DNA of 64,000 nucleotides from Eledone cirrhosa (lineage: Eukaryota), in contig OZ024743.1 of assembly GCA_964016885.1 (NCBI GenBank), positions 364,312,001 through 364,376,000 on the forward strand, given 5' to 3'. How positions within the stretch are numbered: the first letter of the stretch is position 1; every line of letters begins with the position of its first letter. The notes beneath the pieces are model-generated. The model was not told where the DNA came from and searched no databases. It worked only from the letters and a program-made list of their open reading frames with translations. The position numbers and the translations under genes were made by a program. Of this stretch, positions 1 through 13,929 are shown piece by piece.

Positions 1-129
1 AATAAAATTATAAAGAGGGTAATTTATTATTATACTGATAGCATTTTTTTCAATAATTAAGTTATTATTTGGTATTGCATATTTGTTTTCCTATAAACAT
101 AAATCTGTCCTCAAATACCTTACGCACTC

Positions 130-130
<1 letters not shown>

Positions 131-222
<92 letters not shown>
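131..222. repeat. (TA)n microsatellite, representative of many (TA)n, (CA)n, (GA)n and (CTT)n tracts in the window
   Basis: Direct inspection. Confidence 0.98.
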
Positions 223-225
<3 letters not shown>

Positions 226-740
226 CCTTGAGAAAGAACGCGTGACCCCGCTGCTATAGCTGATACTATAGTGATTCGCAGCAGTCACATCGCACCGAGC
301 GGTTGGTATACACAACGAAATGCCTGCTGAAAAAGTGAATCTGCGTTCGATCTCTAATACAGTACTGACTTGCATATTGCGCAATTTGGATTGTTGATTT
401 AGGATTTACAGAAACCAATCGAAGATGTTTTATAATAGGTATCGATCAGGTCCAGGTTCGTATTAACCTCTTTGTATTTTTGTTGTTGTAGTGGCTGTTG
501 TGGCATACTTTACCTAGCCACAGTTTTCAATGTGGAACACCTTTAACGTATGTTTATTACTCTGGGATTTAAATTATCGATTTATCGATATAATCTTATC
601 GAGTGCTCGTGCAAACTTCTGAGGATTGTTCTTTCAAGAGATGCTAGCCGTAATTGCAACTTCGACAGAAATAACAATACAATCGGTACAGTATATGGAA
701 GGAATATATTAGGTTAATGCTTGAAATAGCAGCAAGAGGG

Positions 741-776
741 TCGTAACTTTTCGGATGCTAGTCCTTCATCAGAAGA
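741..776 (-). ncRNA. Degenerate hammerhead (family B); further copies at 1183-1213 (-) and 8041-8084 (+)
   Basis: Consensus of three copies: tctt CTGATGA a ggac-tagc-gtcc GAAA cg TT aaga. Confidence 0.6.
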
Positions 777-1226
777 AAGAATGAGAAATAAAATAGATTG
801 AAGGGACGGGTGGGTTGGAATTGGAAAACATGTCTTTAGATATAGAGAGAGAGGTTGGAGGAAGCGTTTGAGAGTGGAATGGAGCTGGTGGAGAAAAAAT
901 TTGAGATTGGGCATGTTGAAGGTACTAGGGTGGTATATTTAAATGCAAGAGGCAAAGAAAATTTCAGTGATACGAAAGATTTCCTGGTGGAAGTTCATGT
1001 ATACTCCGGGTTGATATCCAGTTTCGGGGTGAAAATCCAATTTGAAAATCCAATGAATTTGAGAAATTCACGTAAGCGTTGATATATATATGTATGTAAA
1101 AGGTAAACAGAAATAACAACACAATCGGTACAGTATACGGAAGGAATATATTAGGTTAACGCTTGAAATAGCAGGAAGAGGATCTTAACGTTTCGGACGC
1201 TAGTCCTTCATCATATATATATATAT

Positions 1227-1556
1227 AAAAGAAATAGGATTTCGCTTTAAGCATAGCTTTATACAATATGTATAAAAATTTCGTATTTCTAAAGAAATAC
1301 GGTTTTAAGAAGCCGTAGCTATGCAAACACCGGGACTAACGCCCTCTGGTGGTGTCCAGCAGAAGCAAGGGGGACGACCGTCTATGTATTTCAGCGCTGG
1401 GAGGGACCGTCCTGACGAAGGCCAGTCAAGCCTGAAATGCATAGACGGTTGTCCCCCTTGCTTCTGTTGGACACCACCAGATGGCGTTAGCCTCGGTGAT
1501 TGTATTGCTACGGCATCCTAAAACCGTATTTCTTTAGAAATACGAAATTTCTATAC

Positions 1557-1560
<4 letters not shown>
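1227..1560. mobile_element. Fold-back PLE terminus (HHR family A)
   Basis: Inverted arms ~1268-1394 / 1432-1557; third copy at 32800-33005. Confidence 0.8.
1406..1449 (+). ncRNA. Minimal type-I hammerhead ribozyme
   Basis: accgtc CTGACGA aggc-cagtcaa-gcct GAAA tgca TA gacggt; palindromic stem III ATGCAT. Confidence 0.85.
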
Positions 1561-1596
<36 letters not shown>

Positions 1597-1598
<2 letters not shown>

Positions 1599-2298
1599 TA
1601 AGGCCAGCTACTATAACGGTGCCATACCAGGTACGTACGTTTCATTTGTTCGGAGGACCAACTTGTTCAATCTGTTCCGATGAAAATGAATCAGAAAATG
1701 TTTACTCGGAAAGGAAATAGAGAAAAATAGGGAAAAAGAGAAGAGCCCTAAACAAGGGCAGATAATGATCTAAATGGTCTAGGGGAGATAATTTGACGGA
1801 AAAACTGCAAACAAAAGCTATCTAGTTAATAGATTTGAGCGGGTTTCAAATTAGTCAATAAATTAAGAATAATTTTGTGGGGAAACAAATAAATTAATAT
1901 TAAGTTCTTTAAAAAGTACTTAGAGGCGTGAGAACATCGCGAGAAGAATTTTGTTCGTGTGTTAAGCGGTTTGTTATTGTTGTTGTGAATATTATTCAAT
2001 ATCCGACATTTCTCGTTATAGCATAATCTGCAGGCTTTGAGCCCATTATATATGGTCGAGATTTTTCTAGTTTTAGATCATTTCTGCCCTAGTTTAGAGT
2101 TCTCACTTTTTCCCTATTTTTCTATATTACCTTTCTGAGTAAACATTTTTATCGGCACAGATTGAACAAGTCGGTCTTCAGGGCTAACGAAACGTTCGTA
2201 CCTGGTATGGTGCCGTTGTAGTAACAGGCCTTAATAATTATATTTGAATTCGCCCTAAGGACTTGAGTTGCTCTATACCTTGGATATATTTACCAAAC
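1597..2298. repeat. Diverged inverted repeat between (TA)n tracts, probable PLE fold-back
   Basis: Arms ~1597-1782 / 2067-2235 plus a one-sided tail. Confidence 0.7.
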
Positions 2299-2385
<87 letters not shown>

Positions 2386-2390
<5 letters not shown>

Positions 2391-2577
2391 GTGGTTACAC
2401 AACAGTTAGTTCACCATACCGAGAACAAGTGTTTCACCTTAGCGGAAGCTGAGGATCCGCTAAGGTGAAACAATTGTTCTCGGTATGGTGAACTAACTGT
2501 TGTGTAACCACTTCTACCTAACTCGTCCCATGGACTGAGTGGTCTACCGCCACGGATATTACCTTCCAGTGTTCTAC

Positions 2578-2580
<3 letters not shown>
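2386..2580. mobile_element. Short fold-back PLE terminus (HHR family C)
   Basis: Arms 2386-2446 / 2456-2516; related copy at 8307-8380. Confidence 0.8.
2449..2483 (+). ncRNA. Hammerhead motif truncated in stem I by the inversion
   Basis: CTGAGGA tcc-gctaa-ggt GAAA caattg TT ctcgg; the partner ccgag is seen in the 8339-8379 minus copy. Confidence 0.65.
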
Positions 2581-2629
<49 letters not shown>

Positions 2630-2844
2630 CGTTTCTGAATTTGTTTAGCAAGATTCTTTATCTGAAATCGTGTGTTGAAACCGATATTGTTATACTTTGG
2701 GAGGGTCATGTTGCCAATAAGAAACACACGCACCAGTTGCTTTCACTTCAATTTAATTTATTAAAAATATTTATAAATTTACAAATTTATAAATTTCTGG
2801 TTGGTTGGTTGGTTCCACAACCAGATAGTTGTTTATATATATAT

Positions 2845-2889
2845 AGTCATAGTTCTTTCGTCACACACTCTGTGACCTCTTCAGTGACT
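2845..2889 (-). ncRNA. Minimal hammerhead ribozyme (mirror of 3040-3084)
   Basis: Exact reverse complement of the 3040 motif. Confidence 0.8.
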
Positions 2890-3039
2890 GGGGATTTCTT
2901 TCTTCGTTTCTGTGCCTTTCCTTTCTTCTATCCTACGCCATTTTGTTTGTGTGTGGTTTGCCGTGTGGCAAACCACACACAAACAAAATGGCGTAGGATA
3001 GAAGAAAGGAAAGGCACAGAAACGAAGAAAGAAATCCCC

Positions 3040-3084
3040 AGTCACTGAAGAGGTCACAGAGTGTGTGACGAAAGAACTATGACT
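3040..3084 (+). ncRNA. Minimal type-I hammerhead ribozyme (family D)
   Basis: agtca CTGAAGA g gtcaca-gagtg-tgtgac GAAA gaac TA tgact. Confidence 0.8.
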
Positions 3085-3237
3085 ATATATATATAAACAA
3101 CTATCTGGTTGTGGAACCAACCAACCAACCAGAAATTTATAAATTTGTAAATTTATAAATATTTTTAATAAATTAAATTGAAGTGAAAGCAACTGGTGCG
3201 TGTGTTTCTTATTGGCAACATGACCCTCCCAAAGTAT

Positions 3238-3276
<39 letters not shown>

Positions 3277-3374
3277 GTATTTAAAATAATAGTATCATTT
3301 ATACATTGTAACTTTACCCTTATATATATATATATATATCGCTTTTTCTACCAGCCGAAATGCGATTCTCGCTG

Positions 3375-3411
<37 letters not shown>

Positions 3412-3432
3412 TTGGAGCTCTGAAATAGCAAT

Positions 3433-3650
3433 ATATATATGGGTGTATATATAATGTATTTTGCAATACACTGTATGCTTAATTAAAAGCATTTTGAAGA
3501 CCGTTTTAGAGTAGCGACAAATTCACTTACTTTAGCTGAGATTAAAGTAAGTGAATTTGTCACTACTCTAAAACAATAGCATACGGTCTTCAAAATGCTT
3601 TTAATTAAGCATAAAGTGTATTGCAAAATTCATTATATATACATCCATAT
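3433..3650. repeat. Fold-back inverted repeat in (TA)n
   Basis: Arms ~3433-3533 / 3543-3650; related sequence at 33050-33150. Confidence 0.75.
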
Positions 3651-4772
3651 ATATATATATATATATGAGACTGTGATTTCGCGCGTGCGCGTGTGTGTGT
3701 CATTGAGTAGATGTTGTTCTCCTTATAACGCTGGTTAGGTGAAAACTATAGAAAAATGATAAAATAAATATTTTAATGAAAATAAAAACGTGCTGGCACA
3801 CAGTCCGTTCTGATGGCGATTGTTCCAGTTGTTTGATCAACGGATGAGTCTGTATATGAAACTAACCTGCAAATGGCAGAACACAATGTACCATTAACGT
3901 AGTTCTCGGTGTGACGCAGTGTCTCAAGTATAACTCAATTTTTCCCGAGTGAAGTGGAGCAGCATGAAATAATGACTTGCTCAAAAACGCAACGCGGCAC
4001 CGGGAACCAAACCGCCTAACCACACTCATTCCACGAAGAGAAATATAGCGATAGACGAAATATATTTTTAATAAACTACTGAACGAGTTGAATCGAATTT
4101 CATAGAAACAGAACCCGTTTTTGTTGTTTTTAATGTTGTTTTCGTTTTATTTTATTACCTGTTTCTTGTGAATAATATCATTCTGTTTTCTATATTTTTA
4201 ATATCTCTATAACTGTCTGTTTACGTTTCTTACAGATGCGTATCAATAGGGTTACAATCGTGCACACGCTTTTTTTTGTGTGTGTGTGTGTGTGTGTATC
4301 TAGGGTCGCATTGATATTAAGAGTTGGAATGCTTTTCAATGTAGGTTTGCTCAATCAGTCATCATCAGTCAACAACAATCAGTCATCATTGGCCAATCAT
4401 ATTGAAGGTAATTAGGACCGTTTTACCTGTCACTTTTTTTAAATGTCAAAAGGTTTGGAGAGCTTTCCTTATCTGATATCGAAATGTCTTCGAAGGAAAA
4501 TAGTTTTATTATTTAGTTGATAAAATATCTCGAATATTTTCATAACTTCTTATTCTTTCTAAAAACACTTAAATAAATGGACATCCGCTGGTTTTGATAA
4601 CAAGTGTTGCAGTTTTTCGATCAAAGGAACAGGGTACTCATAAAATGAATGTGTTAATGACTGAGTATTCCACAGACACTTCTTTAAAGTAATTCATCCA
4701 TTAGTGTGATATAGAGTTTGATAAGGATAGTCCTTTGAATTACAGACACAGTCCATCTTATTTGATAGTATT

Positions 4773-4968
4773 CAGACCTGTCAACTCTCCCGGTTGGACT
4801 GGGAGATCTCCCCGTTTTGGCTCATTTCTCCCTCGTCTCCCCGTTTTTTGTGAAAATGGGTATAGCTTTCATTATGTAAAATTCCTCATTTTGCCTTATT
4901 TCTCCCCATTCTGGGGCACTTTTTTTCATGGTACTCCTGGTTTGGGTTTTTAGAGGTTGGCAGGTTTG
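4773..4968. mobile_element. MITE with ~13 bp TIRs
   Basis: cagacctgtcaac / gttggcaggtttg; agtatt / agtatg flanks. Confidence 0.65.
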
Positions 4969-5227
4969 AGTATGTGACTGAGAATTCCACAGTTACACGT
5001 ACAATTAATTTTATTTATAAAGAGTTTCGGTGTGGCAGTGTTTGATGAGGCTGGCACATTGAACTACAATACAGTCACTCCGACTGTTTCTGCCTACCGG
5101 TTTACGTTCGTGTCTACTTGAAGCAATGGTAAAACATTCTTTCCCAAGAGACCATGAAATGGAATCAAAACAGATCCTCATGATTGGGGAGGGAGGATCT
5201 TTGCCTTTCGGTCAAGCTGTGTCCACA

Positions 5228-5313
<86 letters not shown>

Positions 5314-6081
5314 TAAAATATCGATGAATTTGGAAAAGGAGAAAGGAAAACAGAATTCAATCTGGTGTGAGAGCTGATATATTATATTATTTTTTATGTT
5401 CATATATAGAACAAAAAGCGCTACCCAAAGTTTCAAAATGTCAATTATGATCATCTCCCCCAGATTGTGCACGTTGGTGAAATTTGTGACTTAGTAATCA
5501 GGCGCTTCGGTTAGTTTGAAGATACCATTAAAAATGTACCCAATATTGCAGATGTAAGGTATTGTGTGGTGGTATGTAATACAGAGATTTTTATAGAAGA
5601 TGTACCGTATATATATATATACACGGTACATCTTATATAAGTGTAAAAAATAGAAAAGTTATTAAGAAAGTAGAGAATTCAATATAAATGTGGTTAAGAA
5701 TCAGGTCAATACATTAAGTGTTTCCACTTAGCAAGGAGTTGGCCTTTGAGGTGGAGACCTTGAACCCTTAAGTAGCGGTTTTTGTTCCGTATATGAACAT
5801 AAATTAATATCATATATATATATATATATATATATATACGAGTGGAAGGTTAGTAAAAATCGAAGTTATGGCAGTCGGCCAATATCCGCGAGGTAACAAT
5901 TCGGATTTGCACGAATGTATCGATAAATCGATAGGTTACACCTTAGAGTAAGAAACATACGTTAAAAAGCGTGACAAATTGGAAACTGTGGTTAGGGGAC
6001 ATAGCCACAGAAGCCACCACAACCACAAAAATACAATCAGGTTAAATAACAAACCTGGACCGTATAGAGGGGTATTATACA

Positions 6082-6160
<79 letters not shown>

Positions 6161-6163
<3 letters not shown>

Positions 6164-6774
6164 CGTTTCTGAATTTGTTTAGCAAGATTCTTTATCTGAA
6201 AACGTGTGTTGAAACCGATATTGTTATACTTTGGGAGGGTCATGTTGCCAATAAGAAACACACGCACCAGTTGCTTTCACTCCAATTTATTATAATAAAT
6301 TTATAAATTTAGGAATTTATAAATTTCCGGTTGGTTGGTTGGTTGGTTCCACAACCAGACGATTGTTCATATATTGTCAAAGTTCTTTCGTCACACATTC
6401 TGTGACTTCTTCAGTGACTGGGGATTCTTTTCTTTGTTTTTGTGCCTCTCCTTTGTTCTGTCCTACGCCATCTTGTTTGTGTGTGTGTTGTGTGCTTAGT
6501 TTGCGCATGTGTTACATCCGGGTGTCTGTGTGTGCTTATATTTGTTTATTTATTTGTTTATTTACATGTTACTGGCTGGTTGTTTGTTCTATGTGTGTGT
6601 GTTTTTTTATTTTGTCCTTAATTGTAAGTTGTGATGTTGCTACTCCATTCATGATTTCTATTTAATTTTGGTTGAAGTTCATTTATGTTTATTGCCTCTG
6701 TGATTTGTCTAAACATTGCGTCTGTTTCTTATTGGCATGTGTTTCTTATTGGCAACATGACCCTCCCAAAGTAT

Positions 6775-6783
<9 letters not shown>
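6161..6783 (-). mobile_element. PLE 3' end of the same family with a short inverted arm
   Basis: Matches 2626-2950; includes DAMFRQITEA...LQPKLN coding remnant; inverted arm 6739-6783. Confidence 0.85.
6375..6419 (-). ncRNA. Minimal hammerhead ribozyme (family D)
   Basis: gtca CTGAAGA a gtcaca..tgtgac GAAA gaac TT tgac. Confidence 0.75.
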
Positions 6784-6810
<27 letters not shown>

Positions 6811-7254
6811 TTTCGCCCCCTCTGTCAGTTACACTTTCTCTCGACTGACCGCTTCCTCGCACTTCCACTCAATCACTCTCTGTTTCTCCCCTTCTCACTT
6901 CCTCCCGTTTGGCTAACAGTGGGTCTTTTCTTGCTTCCATCTCACTCACGTCGGACGTCTGTACTAATCGCTCATGAAATCCACCCAGTTTATGCTGACC
7001 AGGACTACCATGTTGCTTGTTTATTTCCTTTCTTTGGTTTGTTTTTATCCTTCTATGTTGTTCACTTGTCCCCCTCGCTTTACGCGATTACTGGTCCCAA
7101 TAACTTGTTTTAGCTTATTGCTTGCACCAACCTGAGGTATCTGATTTTTAATGCGATGAAATACCAATGATGGTTGGCAAATCACTGACGAAGGACTATT
7201 TTTATCATATGTAACCCATGTGCAAACCACGCAGTATTCTTCTTTCTTCTCATG

Positions 7255-7322
<68 letters not shown>

Positions 7323-8158
7323 AGAGGTCACAGAATGTGTGACGAAAGAACTTTGACAATATATGAACAATCGTCTGGTTGTGGAACCAACCAACCAACC
7401 GGAAATTTATAAATTCCTAAATTTATAAAACAAATCCATTTAATGTAACAATTATAAAAATATTTATTCTGTCGGATTAAAGAAAAAATAATCTTTAAAC
7501 ATTTCTCATATTTTGTGGGCAATTAGAACACATGAGAAAAATCTCTTCTTAAATATATGTTCTTTATGACGATCGGTGGTGATGGTGGAAGTGGAGTTCA
7601 ACAAATCAGGATTCAATTGATTCACTAGAAAAATTCTCTTTAAATAGAAAGTTATTTTCTTCTACTCAGAATAAAGGTCCGGGTGGAATTTCGTTGTTCT
7701 GTGTGTATGTCTGTATTTACGTGGGTTTCCATAGCTAAAATAGCCAAAAGTGGATATTAAAGATCATTGAAAGTTTTGCACTTTCAATCATCTTTTATAT
7801 CAATATTTTAATATTTGATAAAATTGACATACCAATCAAAACCGATAATATTTGATAAAACTTAAATCTAATTAATGTAACAATTATAAAAATATTTATT
7901 CTGTCGGATTCAATAAGAAATATTCTTTAAATAATATACCCCTGCACTTTATCCACATTTACTTTTTACCTATATATATATGTATGTATATATGGATCTG
8001 TTATTTTTCAGATTCCGCCCTTCAATCTATCTTATTTCTTAGTCTTCCTATTGATGAAGGACTAGCGCCCGAAACGTTAAGACTCTCTTCCTGCTATTTC
8101 AAACGTTAAACTAATATATTCCTTCCATATACTACAGTGTTGTTATTTCTGTTTAACG

Positions 8159-8199
<41 letters not shown>

Positions 8200-8205
8200 C
8201 ATCAT

Positions 8206-8311
<106 letters not shown>

Positions 8312-8659
8312 AGTTCCACAACAGTTAGTACCCCATTTCCAAGAACAATTTGTTTGCTCTCAACGGATCATCAGCTCGGTTTAAATGAGTTAAATCGGAA
8401 AAGGAAGACCATGTCACAAATAAACATGCGCAGAAGATATTCTCAATGGAGAGACAATTCACGTTAGATCAATGCAATTTAATACAGAAATAGCTTCTAC
8501 AGGACTAGAATTGTTTCATTCGAAGGAAATCATCCTTCATGATTTCCATCGAATGAAATAATTCCTGTAGAAGCCATTTCTATATTAAATCTGTTGCATA
8601 TACTCTACTAACGTATTGACTACCTTACTTACTGTAGTAACACCTGATTGAACCCGGGA

Positions 8660-9261
<602 letters not shown>

Positions 9262-9801
9262 TATAGATGATGTGTATTGCATCTAATCAACCATATAACA
9301 TATCGCTTATAACAGTGCCTCTGAAATGAACGTACTAATTCGCATATTATTAGCGTTCATGTTGGTAGTTAATTTTGATATATATTAATTTGTGCGCTAA
9401 GCAGCCGAAATACACAATAAATTTATATCGATATATATACAGTAAAAATATGTCTGTGGGTGTGTGCATATAAATTTACGCATAGAGTATTTAAACATGT
9501 CAAATTCACGTATTTCCCTGTAAATTTAAAAAAATGATATCTTGAATCGTTTATCGAAACATGGAGTTCTCATCAAAAGATATTCATATCATCTAAACAA
9601 CCACAAGGAAATACATAACTGGTTTATAGTAATATCAGTGAAATGAACGTACTAATTTTCATATTATTATTCTCATTATGAGACATGTAAATATATCGTT
9701 CGCATTAGGATAAGTATATCATATCTCGGTTACCTCTAACTCTATATACACAGATATAAATTGCCCGTATACTTCTGTTGCCTAGCGCACAATTTAATAT
9801 A

Positions 9802-9995
9802 AAGTCTGTTCGCTTTGTACGTGAAATTGAAGTACGCGAATTCGCTTTAACGCCTCTTGAAAAATATTCATTTTGCGCGAATAATGCGCTATGACGCGTG
9901 TGGTTTTTAATTTTTTTCATTTATCAGAAATATGATACTTGAATTACGCGAATTTGTTTTACGAACGCATCTTCGCGTAAAAAGCGAACAAACTG
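9802..9995. mobile_element. Tc1/mariner-pogo-type MITE
   Basis: TA|(c)agtctgttcgctttgtacgtgaa ... ttcgcgtaaaaagcgaacaaactg|TA. Confidence 0.75.
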
Positions 9996-11270
9996 TATAT
10001 CAAAATTAACTAGTGACATTGGCACTAATGATATGCAAATTAGTATATTCATTTCAATGTTACTACTATAAACAATACGGTATATAAGCCACTCAGTCCC
10101 GTTTTTCTTTGTGATTGTTTAGTTTCAAGAATATTCAAAGTGTCTGAGTATCGCAAGACAGATTGACGTACCACAGCCAGCTGTCCTGCAAGTTTTTGAG
10201 AAGTGAGAAACCCGCATTTATTGCTGCTGTATTGTTTTTATGACTCAAACATGTGTAGATTTAGTCAACTACCTTTACAATTGCATCTAATAGTACAATA
10301 GGTTTCTTGAATGTTTTAATGATTGGAGCCCCAGTCCCCTCCATGTCACCATTTTTCCGACAACAAGAGTGGAATTTGACTCAGAATGCACAGATATGGA
10401 ACAAATACTGCAAGGCATCCCATCTGATGTGCTAACAATTCCGCCAATTCGCTGGCCTAGACTGAAGAAAGGCAAAATTGACCCCGGTGGTATTTGAGCT
10501 GGAAAAAGTAGCTCAAGGCATTTATTTAATCCAACGCCCAAATGACATTGCCAATTCGCCTGCACATGACTAGCACATGACACATTGACTGATAAAAGGA
10601 AAATCAAAGTAGATCATGGTGGAATTTTGAACTCAGATTCTGGAGGGATGTAACGAATCCTGCAAGTAATTTCTTTCGATGAGGCATGGGTCAATTTTAA
10701 ATGATGTAGTATCTTCCATTGAATCGACTTAGGTATGTTATTAGTAATTATTTCTCGAAGATATGAAAGGTATTCACAACATTGATGATAATTAAAACTT
10801 ATATTTCTTAACAGTTGACACGGCGCTTTAAACGCGTTACCTAGAGGTTAAGGTTGTCGGTACGATTTCCAATTGGATAGCGTGTTGTGTCTGTGAGCAA
10901 AACAATTCCTTTCATGTTGTTCGAGTCCCGTCAGATGGAAATACGTACCAGCAGGAGCAGCTGGGGTTTAACCATACTGTATTCTGAGTTGTTTAACGCT
11001 ATATAAAACCGGAATAAACTCTGGATTCATGACTATCTAGGCTTGAGAAAGACTTCAACTTTTAACTTTTTTAAGCGAAAGTTCATATATAGAATGCTGC
11101 ACAGCCTAATATAGTTTGTGGCCGACTATGTGTGTCTAATGAATAACTTTTAAAAAAAGACAAACATCCACACACAGATAGCTATCGAATGTCGGGTCCT
11201 ATCTGAAAGGTAGACGGAAACTGTGTAGAGCCAATCATATATATATATATTTACGAAAATAAGTCAAATC

Positions 11271-11319
<49 letters not shown>

Positions 11320-11768
11320 GAGGTTATATTTAATTTGTTGGGATTCAACAAGCTTAAAAGAATGTTATAACTGATATAAAGCACTCAACAATTTAGTGGA
11401 GTAAATACACAATATATTAATAAATGGAAACTATATTTATAAAACCATATTTATTTTATTATACATATTTCAAGGGCAACCAAGGCAAATTATGGTGCAC
11501 TTTCATCAGATAAAATACAGATTTGTTTTATAAATAAATATTGACATACCCGGAAAAAAAGACAACCTTAACGGTTAGAGCTTCCTGGATAGTGGAGATA
11601 TTACATTTATTGAGGGTGATACATAATTTGACCTCTTCGCGCGTCCAGTGATTGGCTGCTGGTTGCCTACGTCATCATAAATACTGACCACAGTTATTAT
11701 TTCGCTGTTGCATGTCTGCTACGCTTCAATGAATTACTGCTGTATTTGGTAGTCCACACATCCACGCG

Positions 11769-11887
<119 letters not shown>

Positions 11888-12315
11888 CCACATAGGTACC
11901 GACAGTCGTACGCATAGGCTCCCGCTATACCCACACATTAAGGAGAACATATAAACATACGCATACATTTATCCAGAGAGGCACGTATATACATAGACAC
12001 ATGCCCACAGGCCTATATACATAAACACGCACACACACATGCTCAAACACATGCATACGCGTATGTATACACGTACACACAAACACCTACAGACATGTAC
12101 GTAGACCCCCCCCCCCCCCTCGACCCACGCGCACACACATATATACACACGTACCCATATATACACGCACAGATACACACTCGCTCGTAAACACGCATAT
12201 ATATATATATATATACACACACAAACAGTGACATACTCCAGTATGGCCGGTCCACGCACCCCACTGCAGGTGTATCTTTTCAATAGAGAGTGCATACCCT
12301 CCACGTATTCCATTT

Positions 12316-12885
12316 TGTAACACCTAACGCATTTTCCATATGCAGACCCACGTGTGTATCTCATACCTATCTTGTGTACTACCTCATATGCATACACGTT
12401 CCTTCTTGTTTTTTTATATATATTCTGTACGCATTTTCTTTGTACGGTCTGAGCATACTATGTACTGTAATACCATGAACGCCCATTATGTGGCCTTGCG
12501 TGAAGATTCTGTAGCGGTTGTCTCCCTTGTTGTGACTCACAACCCCAATAGATTAACATCTAGACGGGAAGTAGAACCCTTTCTGTAACTTCCGGCAGAG
12601 CCCTATAAAACGAATAGCCTTCGGCTCTCTCCCTCTCTTTTGCCCTTCCGGCGCCTGGCCTTCGCCAGGCGTCTCGCGTTTGCCTGGCAATCAAAACGGT
12701 AACTACTAACTTTGCTTCATTCTATCATCTATTACTTTGACATGTCAACTATACTGTTCTATCTATATCCATGATTGTTAATTAAATATTATACACAAAC
12801 CATGTCTCCGTATTACATTCATACAACCCAGTATCTTCGCTATAATTCCATACGTGGATTGATCCATGGTCGCAACGTAACAACA
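12316..12885 (+). mobile_element. Possible solo LTR
   Basis: TGTAAC...GTAACA ends, TATAAAA at ~12604 followed by a pyrimidine tract, ATTAAA at ~12781; no TSD found. Confidence 0.35.
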
Positions 12886-12974
12886 TGTCTGTAGACACGT
12901 ACAACTGGGCGCACCCTTTCAATGTATAGAACATTGTGTATCTCTGTCATTATATGTATATTTTTTATACATAG

Positions 12975-13163
12975 GGCGGTGAATTGGCAGTATCAGTAGA
13001 GGGTCGGGCGCCATGCTTTGCAGCACAGTTACGTCCCTTTACGGACTGAGTTCAAATCCCGCCAAGGTTAACTTTGCTTTTCATCCTTACGGGGTCGATA
13101 AAATAAAGTACCAGTAATACACTGGGATAATTGCTGGCCTTGTGCCAAAAGTAGAAACAATTA
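12975..13163 (+). mobile_element. tRNA-derived SINE with Nin/Deu-like domain
   Basis: A box TGGCAG, B box GAGTTCAAATCC, tttcatccttacggggtcgataaaataaagtaccag core. Confidence 0.85.
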
Positions 13164-13530
13164 TATGTATATTTTTTATATTTTTAATATTGTTAATATT
13201 TTTAATATATCTTATATATATTTTTATATATATATGTATATGCGTATATGTATGTATATGTATATATATATGTGTGTATGTATGTATTTTTCATATGTGT
13301 ACATGTTTATAACAAGATGCGTCCTTTCATGTACGACCCATTGTGTATCTTTATATGACTTTGTGTGTATATTCTGTTTATGTATATATATATATATGTA
13401 TAGATATATATATGTATAGATATATATATGTATAATATTATTATATTTTTTTATATATTGTTTTATGCGTGCGTTGGTGTGTATGGGAATATGCGCATAT
13501 TTGTAGGAGTGTATATGGGCCTGTGTGTGT

Positions 13531-13574
<44 letters not shown>

Positions 13575-13929
13575 AAGCACCCCTGTAGGGAAAGGCCTTG
13601 TTTGTGTGTATATATATATGCATGTTTACGAGCGAGTGTGTATCTGTGCGTGTATATATGGGTACGTGTGTACATATGTGTGTGTGCGTGGGTCGGGAGG
13701 GGGGTCTACGTACATGTCTGTACGTGTTTGTGTGTACGTGTATACATACGCGTATGCATGTGTTTGAGCATGTGTGTGTGCGTGTTTATGTATATAGGCT
13801 TGTGGGCATGTGTCTATGAATATACGTGCCTCTCTGGATGAATATATGCGTATGTTTACATGTTCTCCTTAATGTGTGGGTATAGCTGGAGCCTATGCGT
13901 ACGACTGTCGGTATCTATGTAGTTGTGGG

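Larger units (their letters stand above)
2626..3245. mobile_element. Fold-back PLE terminus with a perfect palindrome at 2684-3245
   Basis: Arms of about 279 bp around a 4-nt loop (2963-2966); HHR in each arm; (TA)n on both sides. Confidence 0.9.

Noticed and set aside
7126-7177. Hammerhead-like motif ccaacCTGAGGT...GAAA...ggttgg
   Set aside because: A9 missing, stem III and UH unclear, single copy; too degenerate to call
12975-13080. tRNA gene
   Set aside because: A and B boxes belong to a multicopy SINE head; no cloverleaf
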